Shown: positions 20,279 through 29,357 of the stretch, piece by piece
How positions within the stretch are numbered: the first letter of the stretch is position 1
Layout: each line of letters opens with the position of its first letter
Origin: Pseudomonadota bacterium
GTDB lineage: Bacteria; Desulfobacterota; Desulfobacteria; Desulfobacterales; JBDRRP01
Length of the DNA: 64,000 nucleotides
Assembly: GCA_043825735.1 (NCBI GenBank)
Contig: JBDRRP010000107.1
Coordinates: 124,001 to 188,000 of the forward strand
Direction: 5' to 3'
The notes under the pieces: generated by a model
Seen by the model: the letters and a program-made list of their open reading frames with translations, nothing else
What the model was told of the DNA's origin: nothing
The model's database searches: none
Program-made: the position numbers and the translations under genes

Positions 20279-21367
20279 TCATGACGACTCCCAGAATAGA
20301 ATGCGGCAGTCCCATTGCCCGGTGGCCTCGTGGCGGTAGCGTGCAACCACGGCCCCGGCCACGGCGCGCATGGCGCCGGAGCGGGCCGTGGATTCGATCC
20401 GGAACACGTCGCTGGACAGGGTGACCAGCGCCGGGTCGATCGTGATGTCGCCGCATCCGGGGGCCTGTTTGTACCAGGTCGGATCGGCCAGCGTTTCCAC
20501 GTGACCCCCGGCGGCCAGTACGGCGCGGTACTCTGTGATGGCGCCGGCAAGATCGCGAAGGTCCTCATCGAGAAGGCCGGCGATCACCGCCGCGTCAGCC
20601 GTGTTGATATTGATCTTGCCGTCGAACCCGAAACGGCCCCCGTCGGCGCTGGTCGCCCCGAACACGGTCACAAACGGAAAGATGCCGCCGGCCTCGCCGG
20701 CGCCCGTCATCAGTTCGCGGGTAACGCCGCGGACGCCGGCCAGCTCCCCGGTGTGGTGCAGGGGGCCGTTGGCCGGCACGGTTGCCGGGCTCTGATCCCG
20801 GTAGTACTCCGCTTCGGCGCCGGTGAGACAGGTGGTGGCGTCGTCGTCGCCGCTGTCTAACCAGTCTTTCAAGGCATTGACCACGGTGGTGGTATCGACG
20901 GGTTCGGCCATGTCATGCGTGGCCTGCCAGTTTTCCAGAAACCGCGTCAGCAGCAGCCGCTGCGGTTCGTTGAACTGGCGGCCTTCGGGAAACTCCACCA
21001 GCGCATTGAGCTGGATGCGGCTGCGCTCGTCGGTGATGCGCACCGTGACCTGACCGGTTTCAAACGGCAGCGCCGCCGTAACGGCCTCAACGGCTTGCGG
21101 CGATGCCCAGGCGTCCGTCGGGCCGTCGATGTCATTGGCGAGGCGGTCGTCGATAAGGATGGCCATGGCGGTTTGGACGCCCGATGCCGCCATCTGGGTC
21201 AGAGCGTCCCGGTCCCGCGACACGGCGGCCAGAGACAAGGCGGCCCGCGCCGCGCGGTGGGCCTGAAGACCGATGGCGACGGCAACGGCGATGAACGCCA
21301 GGGTGACCAGCAGGGCGATCCCCCGGTCATTGGCGGCAACGCCGTTGCAGCGCGTCATGCGCGTCAT
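20279..21367 (-). CDS. gspK: Type II secretion minor pseudopilin K
   Basis: RGIALLVTL, DERSRIQLN, LKDWLD, GAEAEYY, KININTA. Confidence 0.92.
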   Translation of the reverse strand: MTRMTRCNGVAANDRGIALLVTLAFIAVAVAIGLQAHRAARAALSLAAVSRDRDALTQMAASGVQTAMAILIDDRLANDIDGPTDAWASPQAVEAVTAALPFETGQVTVRITDERSRIQLNALVEFPEGRQFNEPQRLLLTRFLENWQATHDMAEPVDTTTVVNALKDWLDSGDDDATTCLTGAEAEYYRDQSPATVPANGPLHHTGELAGVRGVTRELMTGAGEAGGIFPFVTVFGATSADGGRFGFDGKININTADAAVIAGLLDEDLRDLAGAITEYRAVLAAGGHVETLADPTWYKQAPGCGDITIDPALVTLSSDVFRIESTARSGAMRAVAGAVVARYRHEATGQWDCRILFWESS

Positions 21368-22206
21368 TTGAGCGGCTCCCGGATCACGTTGAGTGCAAGG
21401 CGGGTTTCAAACGGGCGCGGCGCGTCAGGCCCGCCGAGAACGAACCGCACGCCCACCGAGGCCGGCAGCGCGGTGCCGCTGTCTTTGCTTTCGGAGTCCC
21501 ATTCGTCGTGGGAACGGCCCTCGGCATCGTAAAAGGTGAGTGACCACTCGCGCAGCCCGCGGCACACCGCGGGGCCGTGGATCTCCTCGGCGGTGGCGCC
21601 GGTGCCCAATAACCGGTCGAAGCGCCGCACCGTGTAGGTGCCGTCGGTGTCGGGTTCGACAAAATAAATGATTTCGGCGATGCCGCCCCGGGCCGCTTCG
21701 GAAAGCGGCACATGGGCGCTGGACGCAAACCGCAGTCGCGGAAACGAGGCTCCCGCCACGGATTCAGCGACGGCGGTGAACCGGTATGGATGCGGCGGCG
21801 CGTTGAACGCCGGCGGCGCATACTGGGGCGGCAGTTCGCTGAAGGCGCCGTCAATATCCGTGGCCAGGCGCCCGAGAAAAGCGCGGGCCATGCCGCCCAC
21901 GGCCATCTCGTCCGTCATGGGCCCCACCGAACTGAAGATGGACCGATGCGAGAGAAAGACCGTACTCACCACGATGCTGAAAACGAACATGGCCACCAGA
22001 ATCTCCATGAGGGTGAACCCGCCGGTCCCTCCGGCCCAACACGCATGAAAGCGGTTCCGCGCCAAGACGCGGTGACGCCGGCAAGGGCACTTGTCATCGG
22101 CGAAATCCGCGGGCATGACCGGGGGCGCGCCCGGCGCCGCTTCGCTGCGCACTGATGATTTCGTTGCCGACCGACCCTGCATACCCGGCCCCCCTTGTTT
22201 TTTCAC
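21364..22206 (-). CDS. gspJ: Type II secretion minor pseudopilin J
   Basis: GFTLMEILVAM prepilin motif; C-terminal LPASV; real start may be further downstream. Confidence 0.85.
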   Translation of the reverse strand: MKKQGGPGMQGRSATKSSVRSEAAPGAPPVMPADFADDKCPCRRHRVLARNRFHACWAGGTGGFTLMEILVAMFVFSIVVSTVFLSHRSIFSSVGPMTDEMAVGGMARAFLGRLATDIDGAFSELPPQYAPPAFNAPPHPYRFTAVAESVAGASFPRLRFASSAHVPLSEAARGGIAEIIYFVEPDTDGTYTVRRFDRLLGTGATAEEIHGPAVCRGLREWSLTFYDAEGRSHDEWDSESKDSGTALPASVGVRFVLGGPDAPRPFETRLALNVIREPLK

Positions 22207-22619
22207 CTGGGCCCACCGAGATGATAGCGCCTCAGGCGGTAAGATTGTGCGCCGTCGGCCGAGATGACGAAAACCTCGATTCTAAACAATCTTTCGGCGG
22301 ATGCCTTCAGCGGCGCATCGCGCACCGGGGCCACGGTCACCCGCCAGCGCCAACCCGGGGCCGCGTCTCCGAACGCTCCTTCGTCCACACCGGCCTGAGG
22401 ACCGTCTCCGCCGATGGTCTCCACAAGCTTGCCCTGGGCCAGATACGGGGCACGGGTGCTGAAGCCGGTCGCCGCCGTCATGGCCAGCGACTGCAGGTGC
22501 AGGCGGAAGAGGGGGATCAGGACGATGGCCAGAATGGCCGCCGACGCCAGGATCTCCATCAGCGTGAAGCCGCCCTCGCTAAATCCGTTATCTGCGGCTG
22601 TCCGATCTTCTCTTGTCAT
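22203..22619 (-). CDS. gspI: Type II secretion minor pseudopilin I
   Basis: GFTLMEIL; WRWRVTV; operon position. Confidence 0.85.
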   Translation of the reverse strand: MTREDRTAADNGFSEGGFTLMEILASAAILAIVLIPLFRLHLQSLAMTAATGFSTRAPYLAQGKLVETIGGDGPQAGVDEGAFGDAAPGWRWRVTVAPVRDAPLKASAERLFRIEVFVISADGAQSYRLRRYHLGGPR

Positions 22620-22719
22620 TTAATCGTTATCTGCGCGGCCCGCGGCCGGCGATCGTCCATTTCCGCCGCAAAGTCGATGACGCCGTAAAGTAGGCATTTT
22701 TCTCGCAAAGTACGCAACG

Positions 22720-23250
22720 TCAGGCGCCTCCGTCGCGGACCCGCACTTCCGGCAGAAACGGTTCGATTTCCAGGCTCATCACTTCGCGGCCGGCTTTGGC
22801 GATGGCGATGACCGCGCCGCTGGCGACGCCGTCGGCGCTGAACCGGATCATAGCCCTGCCGGCGGTGACCGACGTGCCGTCGGTGAAGACAACACGGGTG
22901 ATTTCAAGGCCCTGCGGCATCCGGTATCCGGTTGGCCCATCCTCGGAACGGCCATTTTCCGCCGCCGGTGACGACGTCGCGGCCCACAGGCGTCCCTCGT
23001 CGAGATCCACTACGAGAAATCGCGAGGCCCCTTTTTCGACGGCCTCCGCGCGCAGGTCCCCGGCCCGCTGAACGATCCACCGGGCGGTTCGAAAACGCGC
23101 GTCTGAGAATGCCGTGTTCGCGAACTTCGGCACAGCAAAAAAGAACATGATACTGATCAGGGACACCACCACGATGAGTTCAAGGAGCGTGAACCCCCGA
23201 TCGGCGGCGCCGCCTGTACCGCAGCGTGTTGGATCTGAGGTCGGGACCAT
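22720..23250 (-). CDS. gspH: Type II secretion minor pseudopilin H
   Basis: GFTLLELIVV; IRFSADG. Confidence 0.85.
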   Translation of the reverse strand: MVPTSDPTRCGTGGAADRGFTLLELIVVVSLISIMFFFAVPKFANTAFSDARFRTARWIVQRAGDLRAEAVEKGASRFLVVDLDEGRLWAATSSPAAENGRSEDGPTGYRMPQGLEITRVVFTDGTSVTAGRAMIRFSADGVASGAVIAIAKAGREVMSLEIEPFLPEVRVRDGGA

Positions 23251-23709
23251 CTATTCCAATTGCCAGTTGTTGATGTCCGCATTCTTTCCCTCGCCGCCGG
23301 CTACTCCGTCGGCCCCGAGCGACGACAGGTCGATTTCTCCGTTGACCCCCGGACTCAGGTAGATGAAGTCGTTGCCCCAGGGATCCTTGGGAATCTTGCC
23401 CTTTTCAAGGTAGCCGCCGGCGCGCCATTGCCTGGCCGGCTGCCCGGATTCGGGCTGCTGCACCAAGGCCTGCAGGCCCTGCTCGGTGCTGGGGTAGTTG
23501 CCGTTGTCCAGCTTGAAGAGTTTGAGCGCCGTTTCAATGCTCTCGATCTGCATGCGGGCCTTGAGCTGCTTGGCCTCGTCCGGGCGCCCCATGAGCTTGG
23601 GCACGATGAGCCCGGCCAGGATGCCTAATATGACCAGGACCACCATCAGTTCGATGAGCGTAAAGCCGGTGTCGGACCCGACGTGCACCGTAGTGCCGGT
23701 AGAAGCCAT
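23251..23709 (-). CDS. gspG: Type II secretion major pseudopilin
   Basis: GFTLIELMVV, YPSTEQGLQAL, PKDPWG, SLGADG. Confidence 0.96.
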   Translation of the reverse strand: MASTGTTVHVGSDTGFTLIELMVVLVILGILAGLIVPKLMGRPDEAKQLKARMQIESIETALKLFKLDNGNYPSTEQGLQALVQQPESGQPARQWRAGGYLEKGKIPKDPWGNDFIYLSPGVNGEIDLSSLGADGVAGGEGKNADINNWQLE

Positions 23710-23872
23710 TTCAAAATCTCCCTTGAAGCCCGCAACCGCCGGGGCGCATGTGGCTGCGCGCCGGCCCCATGATTCATTCGTGCCGACCGGTGAATGGTTC
23801 TCGACGTCCCGGATCGAAGCGCCAATTACTACTGGAGCCGTGTTGCCGGCGCGTTAAGATCTCGTGAAGCGC

Positions 23873-25090
23873 TTATTTGACCAGCTGATTCATTTCGAAG
23901 ATGGGCAGGCAGACGCTCAGGACGATGAACCCGACGACAACGGCCATGGCCAGAATCATGACCGGCTCGAGCAGCGCGGTCATCCGCAGGGCATAGTTCT
24001 CCACCTCCCGCTCGTTGACCGTCGCAATTTTCGACAGCATGGCTTCGAGCTGCCCGCTGCTTTCCCCGACACGGATCATTTGAACCGCCATAGGCGGAAA
24101 CACATCCGCAGCGGACAGGCACTCGCCCAGGGGCCGGCCTTTTTCGACGGCGTCGGCGGCCGCGTCCACGGCCGCGACGATCACCGTGTTGCCCACCACG
24201 TTGCGCACGATGCCCAGCGCCGGCATCAGGGATACCCCGTTTTCAAGCAGTGAGCCGAGGGTGCGCGAGAACCGTGCCGCAGCAAGTTTGCGGATCAGCG
24301 TGCCGGCCAGCGGCAGCTTCAGAACGAAACGGTCCGCAAGGCGGCGCCCCCATGTCGTTTTCAACACGCCGCGCAACAGTGCGGCGGCGCCGGCAGCAGC
24401 CAGCGCCAGAACCCACGCATACAGTTTAAGCCCGTCGCTGACGGTGATCAGCACCCGCGTGGGCAGGGGGAGCACGGCGTTCATCTCCCGAAATATGCCG
24501 GTGATCGTGGGTACGATGTAGGTAAGCAGCAGAAAGAGCACCGCGGCGCCGGCAACGGCCATGAGCGCCGGGTAGGCCATGGCCGTTTTGATGCGGTTGT
24601 TGAGATCGATCTGCTTTTCAAGGATGTCGGCCAGGCGCTCGAGGACGATGTCCAGCGAGCCGGACGCCTCACCGGCCCGCACCATGTTGATATACAGGGG
24701 TGAAAACGATCCCGGGGCGGCGGAAAGGGCTGCGGCGAAGCTGTTGCCTTCCACGATGGCGTCTTTCAGATGGGAGAGCAGCTTTTTCACCCGGTGGGTG
24801 CCGGGCTGCACCAGAATCGCATCGATGGCGGCGACCAGGGGAAACCCGGCTGCGATCAGGGTGGCCAGCTGCCGCGTCAGCATGGCCACGTCCGCCGGGC
24901 CCACCTGCGTCAGCCGCTCCAATGAAAACCCCCGGGCCGACGGCTGCGCCTTGCCGGTTTCCCGCACGTGGACCGGGTACATCTTGAGGCTTCGGATCTT
25001 CTGCCGCGCCGCCGGAAGGCTGTCGGCATCCATGACGCCGCTGGCGCGGACGCCCCCCGGCTTGAGCGCGGTATACTCGAAAACGGGCAT
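23873..25090 (-). CDS. gspF: Type II secretion inner-membrane platform protein
   Basis: MPVFEY start (25090), TRQLATL, AGEASG, GESSGQL, LLEP. Confidence 0.95.
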   Translation of the reverse strand: MPVFEYTALKPGGVRASGVMDADSLPAARQKIRSLKMYPVHVRETGKAQPSARGFSLERLTQVGPADVAMLTRQLATLIAAGFPLVAAIDAILVQPGTHRVKKLLSHLKDAIVEGNSFAAALSAAPGSFSPLYINMVRAGEASGSLDIVLERLADILEKQIDLNNRIKTAMAYPALMAVAGAAVLFLLLTYIVPTITGIFREMNAVLPLPTRVLITVSDGLKLYAWVLALAAAGAAALLRGVLKTTWGRRLADRFVLKLPLAGTLIRKLAAARFSRTLGSLLENGVSLMPALGIVRNVVGNTVIVAAVDAAADAVEKGRPLGECLSAADVFPPMAVQMIRVGESSGQLEAMLSKIATVNEREVENYALRMTALLEPVMILAMAVVVGFIVLSVCLPIFEMNQLVK

Positions 25091-25106
25091 GACAATCGTT
25101 CCGATG

Positions 25107-25123
25107 TTCACAATTTGATAACA
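25107..25123 (+). promoter_or_regulatory. Pho-box-like direct repeat in the gspF/exeA divergent region
   Basis: TTCACA-atttg-ATAACA, 11-bp period. Confidence 0.4.
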
Positions 25124-25325
25124 ATTCGGCAGTAAGGTGCGGTTCGCACCATAGGCGGCGATTACTAGGAAAGTGTGAGGCGGCCGATAGTTCACCGGCA
25201 CCGGCGGGGCTCTTTGTAAAGAGCGATTGAACCACTGAGCACACGGAGATTTGGTATATAAAAACAGCCTTGATCCGAAGATGAATGGTGTTGCTTCGGC
25301 CTTCAGCCCATACACCTAAACAAAC

Positions 25326-26333
25326 ATGTACACAGAATTCTTCGGCCTCAGAGAAAAACCCTTCCGGCTCGTGCCGAATCCCGACTATCTGTTCCTGGGA
25401 GCCCACCATCGGGAGGCGTTGGCGCACCTGGTCTACGCTGTTGGTGCCGGGGAAGGCTTTCTGGCCATCATCGGCGAGGTGGGCACCGGAAAGACAACGC
25501 TGTGCCGGGCTTTTCTGGATGGCCTCGACGAGACAACGGTTTCCGCCTATCTGTTCAACCCGGCCCTCGAAGCAAGAGATCTGATGAGGACCATCTGCAC
25601 GGAATTTAATATTGTCCATGATGCCCACGCAGACATGGCGTCTCTTAGCGACGCCGTGAACGGTTTTCTCCTGGCCCAGGCTCAGGCGGGCAATGACGTC
25701 ATCCTGGTTATCGACGAAGCGCAGGGCCTCAGCCGCGATGTGCTCGAACAGCTTCGCCTGCTGTCCAACCTGGAGACCACCCGTCGAAAACTGATCCAGA
25801 TCATTCTGGTGGGGCAGCCGGAGCTCGAGAACACGCTTGCTGCTCATGATCTCCGGCAGCTCCGGCAGCGTATATCCCTGAGCTGCCGCATCTTGCCGCT
25901 GAGTCTGGAGGACACCGGCCGGTACATTTCCCATCGCATGGCAACAGCCGGGAAGGCCGCGCCGTCCCCGTTCACTTCAGGGGCCGTCCGCCGCATCCAC
26001 CGATACTCGAAAGGGATTCCTCGCCTGATCAACATCGTTTGCGACCGTTGTCTGCTGGCGGCATTTACCACCGGGCATCGAACGATAGACAAGAAAACGG
26101 TGATCGCAGCCGCCCGTGATCTCGGCGGCGGCGGTATCGGCAGCTTTCTTGGGAAACGGCGGATCACTGTTGTGGCTGTCGCCGCCGGCGTCGCCCTTTT
26201 GGCGCTCACCACCGGCGCCGCCATCGGGCTGTGGCATACAAGAAGCCAAATCATCGGATCTGCCCATCAATTACCAACCAGCAACTTCGTTGAAAAAAAG
26301 TCGCTTCGCGAATTTCACAGGGCAGGCCAGTAA
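25326..26333 (+). CDS. exeA: ExeA/GspA-family AAA ATPase
   Basis: MYTEFFGLREKPF, GEVGTGKT, IDEAQ, LVGQPEL, GIPRLIN, C-terminal TM. Confidence 0.92.
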   Translation: MYTEFFGLREKPFRLVPNPDYLFLGAHHREALAHLVYAVGAGEGFLAIIGEVGTGKTTLCRAFLDGLDETTVSAYLFNPALEARDLMRTICTEFNIVHDAHADMASLSDAVNGFLLAQAQAGNDVILVIDEAQGLSRDVLEQLRLLSNLETTRRKLIQIILVGQPELENTLAAHDLRQLRQRISLSCRILPLSLEDTGRYISHRMATAGKAAPSPFTSGAVRRIHRYSKGIPRLINIVCDRCLLAAFTTGHRTIDKKTVIAAARDLGGGGIGSFLGKRRITVVAVAAGVALLALTTGAAIGLWHTRSQIIGSAHQLPTSNFVEKKSLREFHRAGQ

Positions 26334-26355
26334 CTATCAACCAGGAATCAATTCA

Positions 26356-27156
26356 TTGTCCCTCATCCTAAGCGCCTTGCAGAAACTTGAAACCGCCTCC
26401 GGCGGCAACGAAGATGCGCCTATTTGGCGCACGCCGATCGAGTCGCGCGAAAACCGAAGGGCATTCCGGCATCGGTCAGGCCGCAGGGCCGGGGCGGCGT
26501 TGCTCTCAACCCTGGCCGTCACATGCTTCGGTATCGCGGGCTATATTCTTGCCGGCTACTGGGAAGGCCGTGGCATCGATGAAAAGCGTGCTGTCCATGG
26601 TGATTTGAAACCGGTTGCAACAGTTGCCCGGCCATCCACACCGATTGTCAACAGGGCCGATTCAATGACGGCGAATTTTGACGCCTCCAATTCTCAGGAG
26701 AAAAAAGCAGTGAAAACCACCGAAGGGGAAGAAGGACAAACATCGGAGATGAAGCCACCGCAGGCAATGAAGGCTTCCAGAAAAGCCCACATTTCGGCAG
26801 TAAGGTCTGTGCCGAAGCCGGCGGGCACGGAAAAGGTGAGTAAACGGCCGTCTATGCCAGACAAGTCCGCGATGAACCGAATTGTTCCCTTCCCGTCGCC
26901 TGCCCTCTCACCGGACAGGGCTGAGCTGACAGCCGCGGGTGAGCCGCTACCTGTGGCAGAAGGCCTGACACTGATGGCCGTATCCTGGTCGGATCACCCC
27001 GAAAACCGACTGGCCGTCATCAACGGCCGAATCATCCGGGAAGGCGGACGCATCGAAGGCCACGACGTCCTCCAGATTGCCGCCGAGCAGGTGGTGCTCG
27101 GCAGCAACGGTCGGCGCCTCAGCATTGGCTTCATCAAACGATCGCCCGGGGAATAG
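26356..27156 (+). CDS. exeB: ExeB/GspB-family protein
   Basis: TTG start giving MSLILSALQKLE (GspB-type N-terminus), TM, low-complexity linker, AVINGRIIREG. Confidence 0.8.
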   Translation: MSLILSALQKLETASGGNEDAPIWRTPIESRENRRAFRHRSGRRAGAALLSTLAVTCFGIAGYILAGYWEGRGIDEKRAVHGDLKPVATVARPSTPIVNRADSMTANFDASNSQEKKAVKTTEGEEGQTSEMKPPQAMKASRKAHISAVRSVPKPAGTEKVSKRPSMPDKSAMNRIVPFPSPALSPDRAELTAAGEPLPVAEGLTLMAVSWSDHPENRLAVINGRIIREGGRIEGHDVLQIAAEQVVLGSNGRRLSIGFIKRSPGE

Positions 27157-27334
27157 CTTATAAAATGAATAATATCAGTATAATATTAGCTTTTTTGATG
27201 CTATTGCCAATGTTCTTGACCAAAGGCCGAAACTGCAGTGTGATCATGCCATTATAATGTAGAATCACAAATCAGCCGTTGACGCCCCTTTGTGATTGGC
27301 CCAGTATGTGAAGCAAACCGAACATGGAGGGATT

Positions 27335-27595
27335 ATGATCAATAAATCCTGCACTACAGAAGACCTCTTAAACGCACTGAAAGGGAAAAGCCTGATGGAT
27401 GCCATCTCGCTGGTAGAGCGCGAGGCCACCCGGGTCGAGCCTAAGGCCTACCGCAATGGCACCGTTGGCAGCACTGATCTGTGCACCGAAGCGTTGAAGG
27501 CGACCATCATGTACCTGCGATACGGGGTCCGATCCTCGAAACTTCCTGAGAACATGCTCACCGCGGCTATCGCCGCAAGAGATATCAACGCGTAA
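27335..27595 (+). CDS. Small hypothetical protein
   Basis: GGAGG RBS before ATG 27335; no recognised family. Confidence 0.55.
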   Translation: MINKSCTTEDLLNALKGKSLMDAISLVEREATRVEPKAYRNGTVGSTDLCTEALKATIMYLRYGVRSSKLPENMLTAAIAARDINA

Positions 27596-27674
27596 TCGTC
27601 ATCTTTTTTCGATCCGATTTGCATTTGGCATTGGAAAACGGAACTATCTACCATTTTAAGGTGACTATGATTTA

Positions 27675-27903
27675 CGAGTTGCGCCGTGGGGTTTCATTTT
27701 TCGATTCTGGCGGCCGATGATGTGGGCGCTGCCCGAGTGCCGGCCGCCACCGGCAAACCGGACCCGGCGCAACAGCAGCGGCGCCAGTGGCTCACGGCGC
27801 GTGTCCATCACCTCAGACAATTTCGTCATGAATCTGCGCCGGCGTGATCATGACCGGCGATATTTCGGCGGCATCGAAAAAAGAAACCCCGCGGCGCCGC
27901 TCG
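27675..27903. repeat. 229-bp segment bounded by 31-bp imperfect inverted repeats (MITE-like or long hairpin)
   Basis: 27675-27705 matches the reverse complement of 27873-27903 at 27 of 31 positions. Confidence 0.6.
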
Positions 27904-27909
27904 ACCTTA

Positions 27910-28078
27910 CTGGTGAATAAATACCTCCTTTATGGTCTACGGATTAACCCTAATTACATCCGACTATCGCCTTATGGAAGGTTCAGGTGAGTTTTCCGTG
28001 TTGCCCAACAGATGATAGCGAAAGGTTCACCTGCCGATGCATCCGCTGCCTGACAAGCTCGATATTTATTATCTCCAG
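27910..28078. ncRNA. Candidate ~170-nt structured RNA (6S-like rod), strand unresolved
   Basis: Nested complementary blocks: ctgg/ccag, aataaata/tatttatt, cggat/atccg, caggtga/tcacctg; no ORF. Confidence 0.4.
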
Positions 28079-28335
28079 CACGCTTAAAATAATCCCCGCA
28101 TAAAACGCTCTCGTCCATTACGGTGAGAGGATTTTTTTCCAACACGTCAATCGACTCCCGATTCAGACATCGAATTTCCCGCCGCAGCCGGCATGCTCAT
28201 GTTTTCGTAACAATCTTAAAGTAGCATCCCAACGTCAGATTAAATGGCAGCGCAAAATAGGGCGGCTGCTTGTGGGGCTCACCGCTTTGGATGAGGGTTG
28301 TCCGGCAACCGGCAGGCACATGAAAAATCACCATA

Positions 28336-29052
28336 GTGACGTCGACGATGGCTCATGAGCGGTTCGCCCCGTGCTGGGTGCGGTTAGCCGGATTCAACCT
28401 ACTTTTGATTATGATGGTGGTGAGCGCCGTCTCGGATCCGCTTCTCGAAGCAGAGCTGATCCGCCAGGTCTCCGCCGAATATGGAACCCCGGCTGCCAAT
28501 GCTGTCGCACGCTGGCAGCGACTGATGCAAGAGCAGTCAAAGGAAGACAGTCTGATCACCCTGAAGGCGGTGAATACCTTTTTTAATAGCATCCCCAATG
28601 TTTCGGATGCCGACCACTGGGGGCGGGATAACTACTGGGCCACACCGGTGGAGCTTTTGGCGACAAACGGCGGCGATTGCGAGGATTTTGCCATCGCCAA
28701 GTATTTTACGCTCAAGGTATTGGGTATCGCCGAATCAAAGCTGCGGATCACCTATGTGCGCGCTTACAGCCGCGGCAACGGCGGGTTGAAAATAATCCCC
28801 CACATGGTGCTGGCCTACTACCCAATGGCAGATGCAGAGCCGCTCATTCTGGACAATATTGTCGAAGACATTCGACCGGCTTCCCAGCGAAAAGACCTCG
28901 TGCCGACATTCGGTTTCAATGGCGAGGGACTCTGGTACGCAAAGGCGCGGGGCAGCGGCCACCGCCTCGGCGGTATCGAAGGGATGCCCCTTTGGCAGGA
29001 TTTGCTGACGCGGATGGGGCGGAGCATGCAAGCAGGCAGAAAAGTCCGATAA
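28336..29052 (+). CDS. lapG: LapG-like periplasmic transglutaminase-like cysteine protease
   Basis: YWATPVE, GGDCEDFAIAKY, HMVLAYY, LILDN; adjacent to lapD. Confidence 0.92.
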   Translation: MTSTMAHERFAPCWVRLAGFNLLLIMMVVSAVSDPLLEAELIRQVSAEYGTPAANAVARWQRLMQEQSKEDSLITLKAVNTFFNSIPNVSDADHWGRDNYWATPVELLATNGGDCEDFAIAKYFTLKVLGIAESKLRITYVRAYSRGNGGLKIIPHMVLAYYPMADAEPLILDNIVEDIRPASQRKDLVPTFGFNGEGLWYAKARGSGHRLGGIEGMPLWQDLLTRMGRSMQAGRKVR

Positions 29053-29280
29053 GCAACTTTGTCATTCCGAGAAACCTGCGACGATGAATCTCAACTGGGC
29101 ACCGGGGGGCCCCTATCTTTTAGGGCGCGGGGTTTGCTCCCGCCCGTGGCCGGTCAACCCGTGCGGTTGAGGGCTTCCATGCCGATAGCGGGAGGGATGC
29201 CCCCTCCCCCTCGCCAAGCAGCCGGAAACCCCACCGGAGAACAGTGCATAACCATGTTGGATTTTTTCGGCGGTATCAAT

Positions 29281-29340
29281 CTTGAAACTTGAACTTGGAA
29301 CCTTGAACCAGAAACCTTGAACGCGGCGCAGCCGCCAACC
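29281..29340 (+). repeat. Heptamer tandem repeat (CTTGAAC-like) plus conserved GAACGCGGCGCAGCCGCC tail
   Basis: Same unit at 62262-62305 and 63350-63412. Confidence 0.75.
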
Positions 29341-29357
29341 AGCAACCGGGAACCCCC

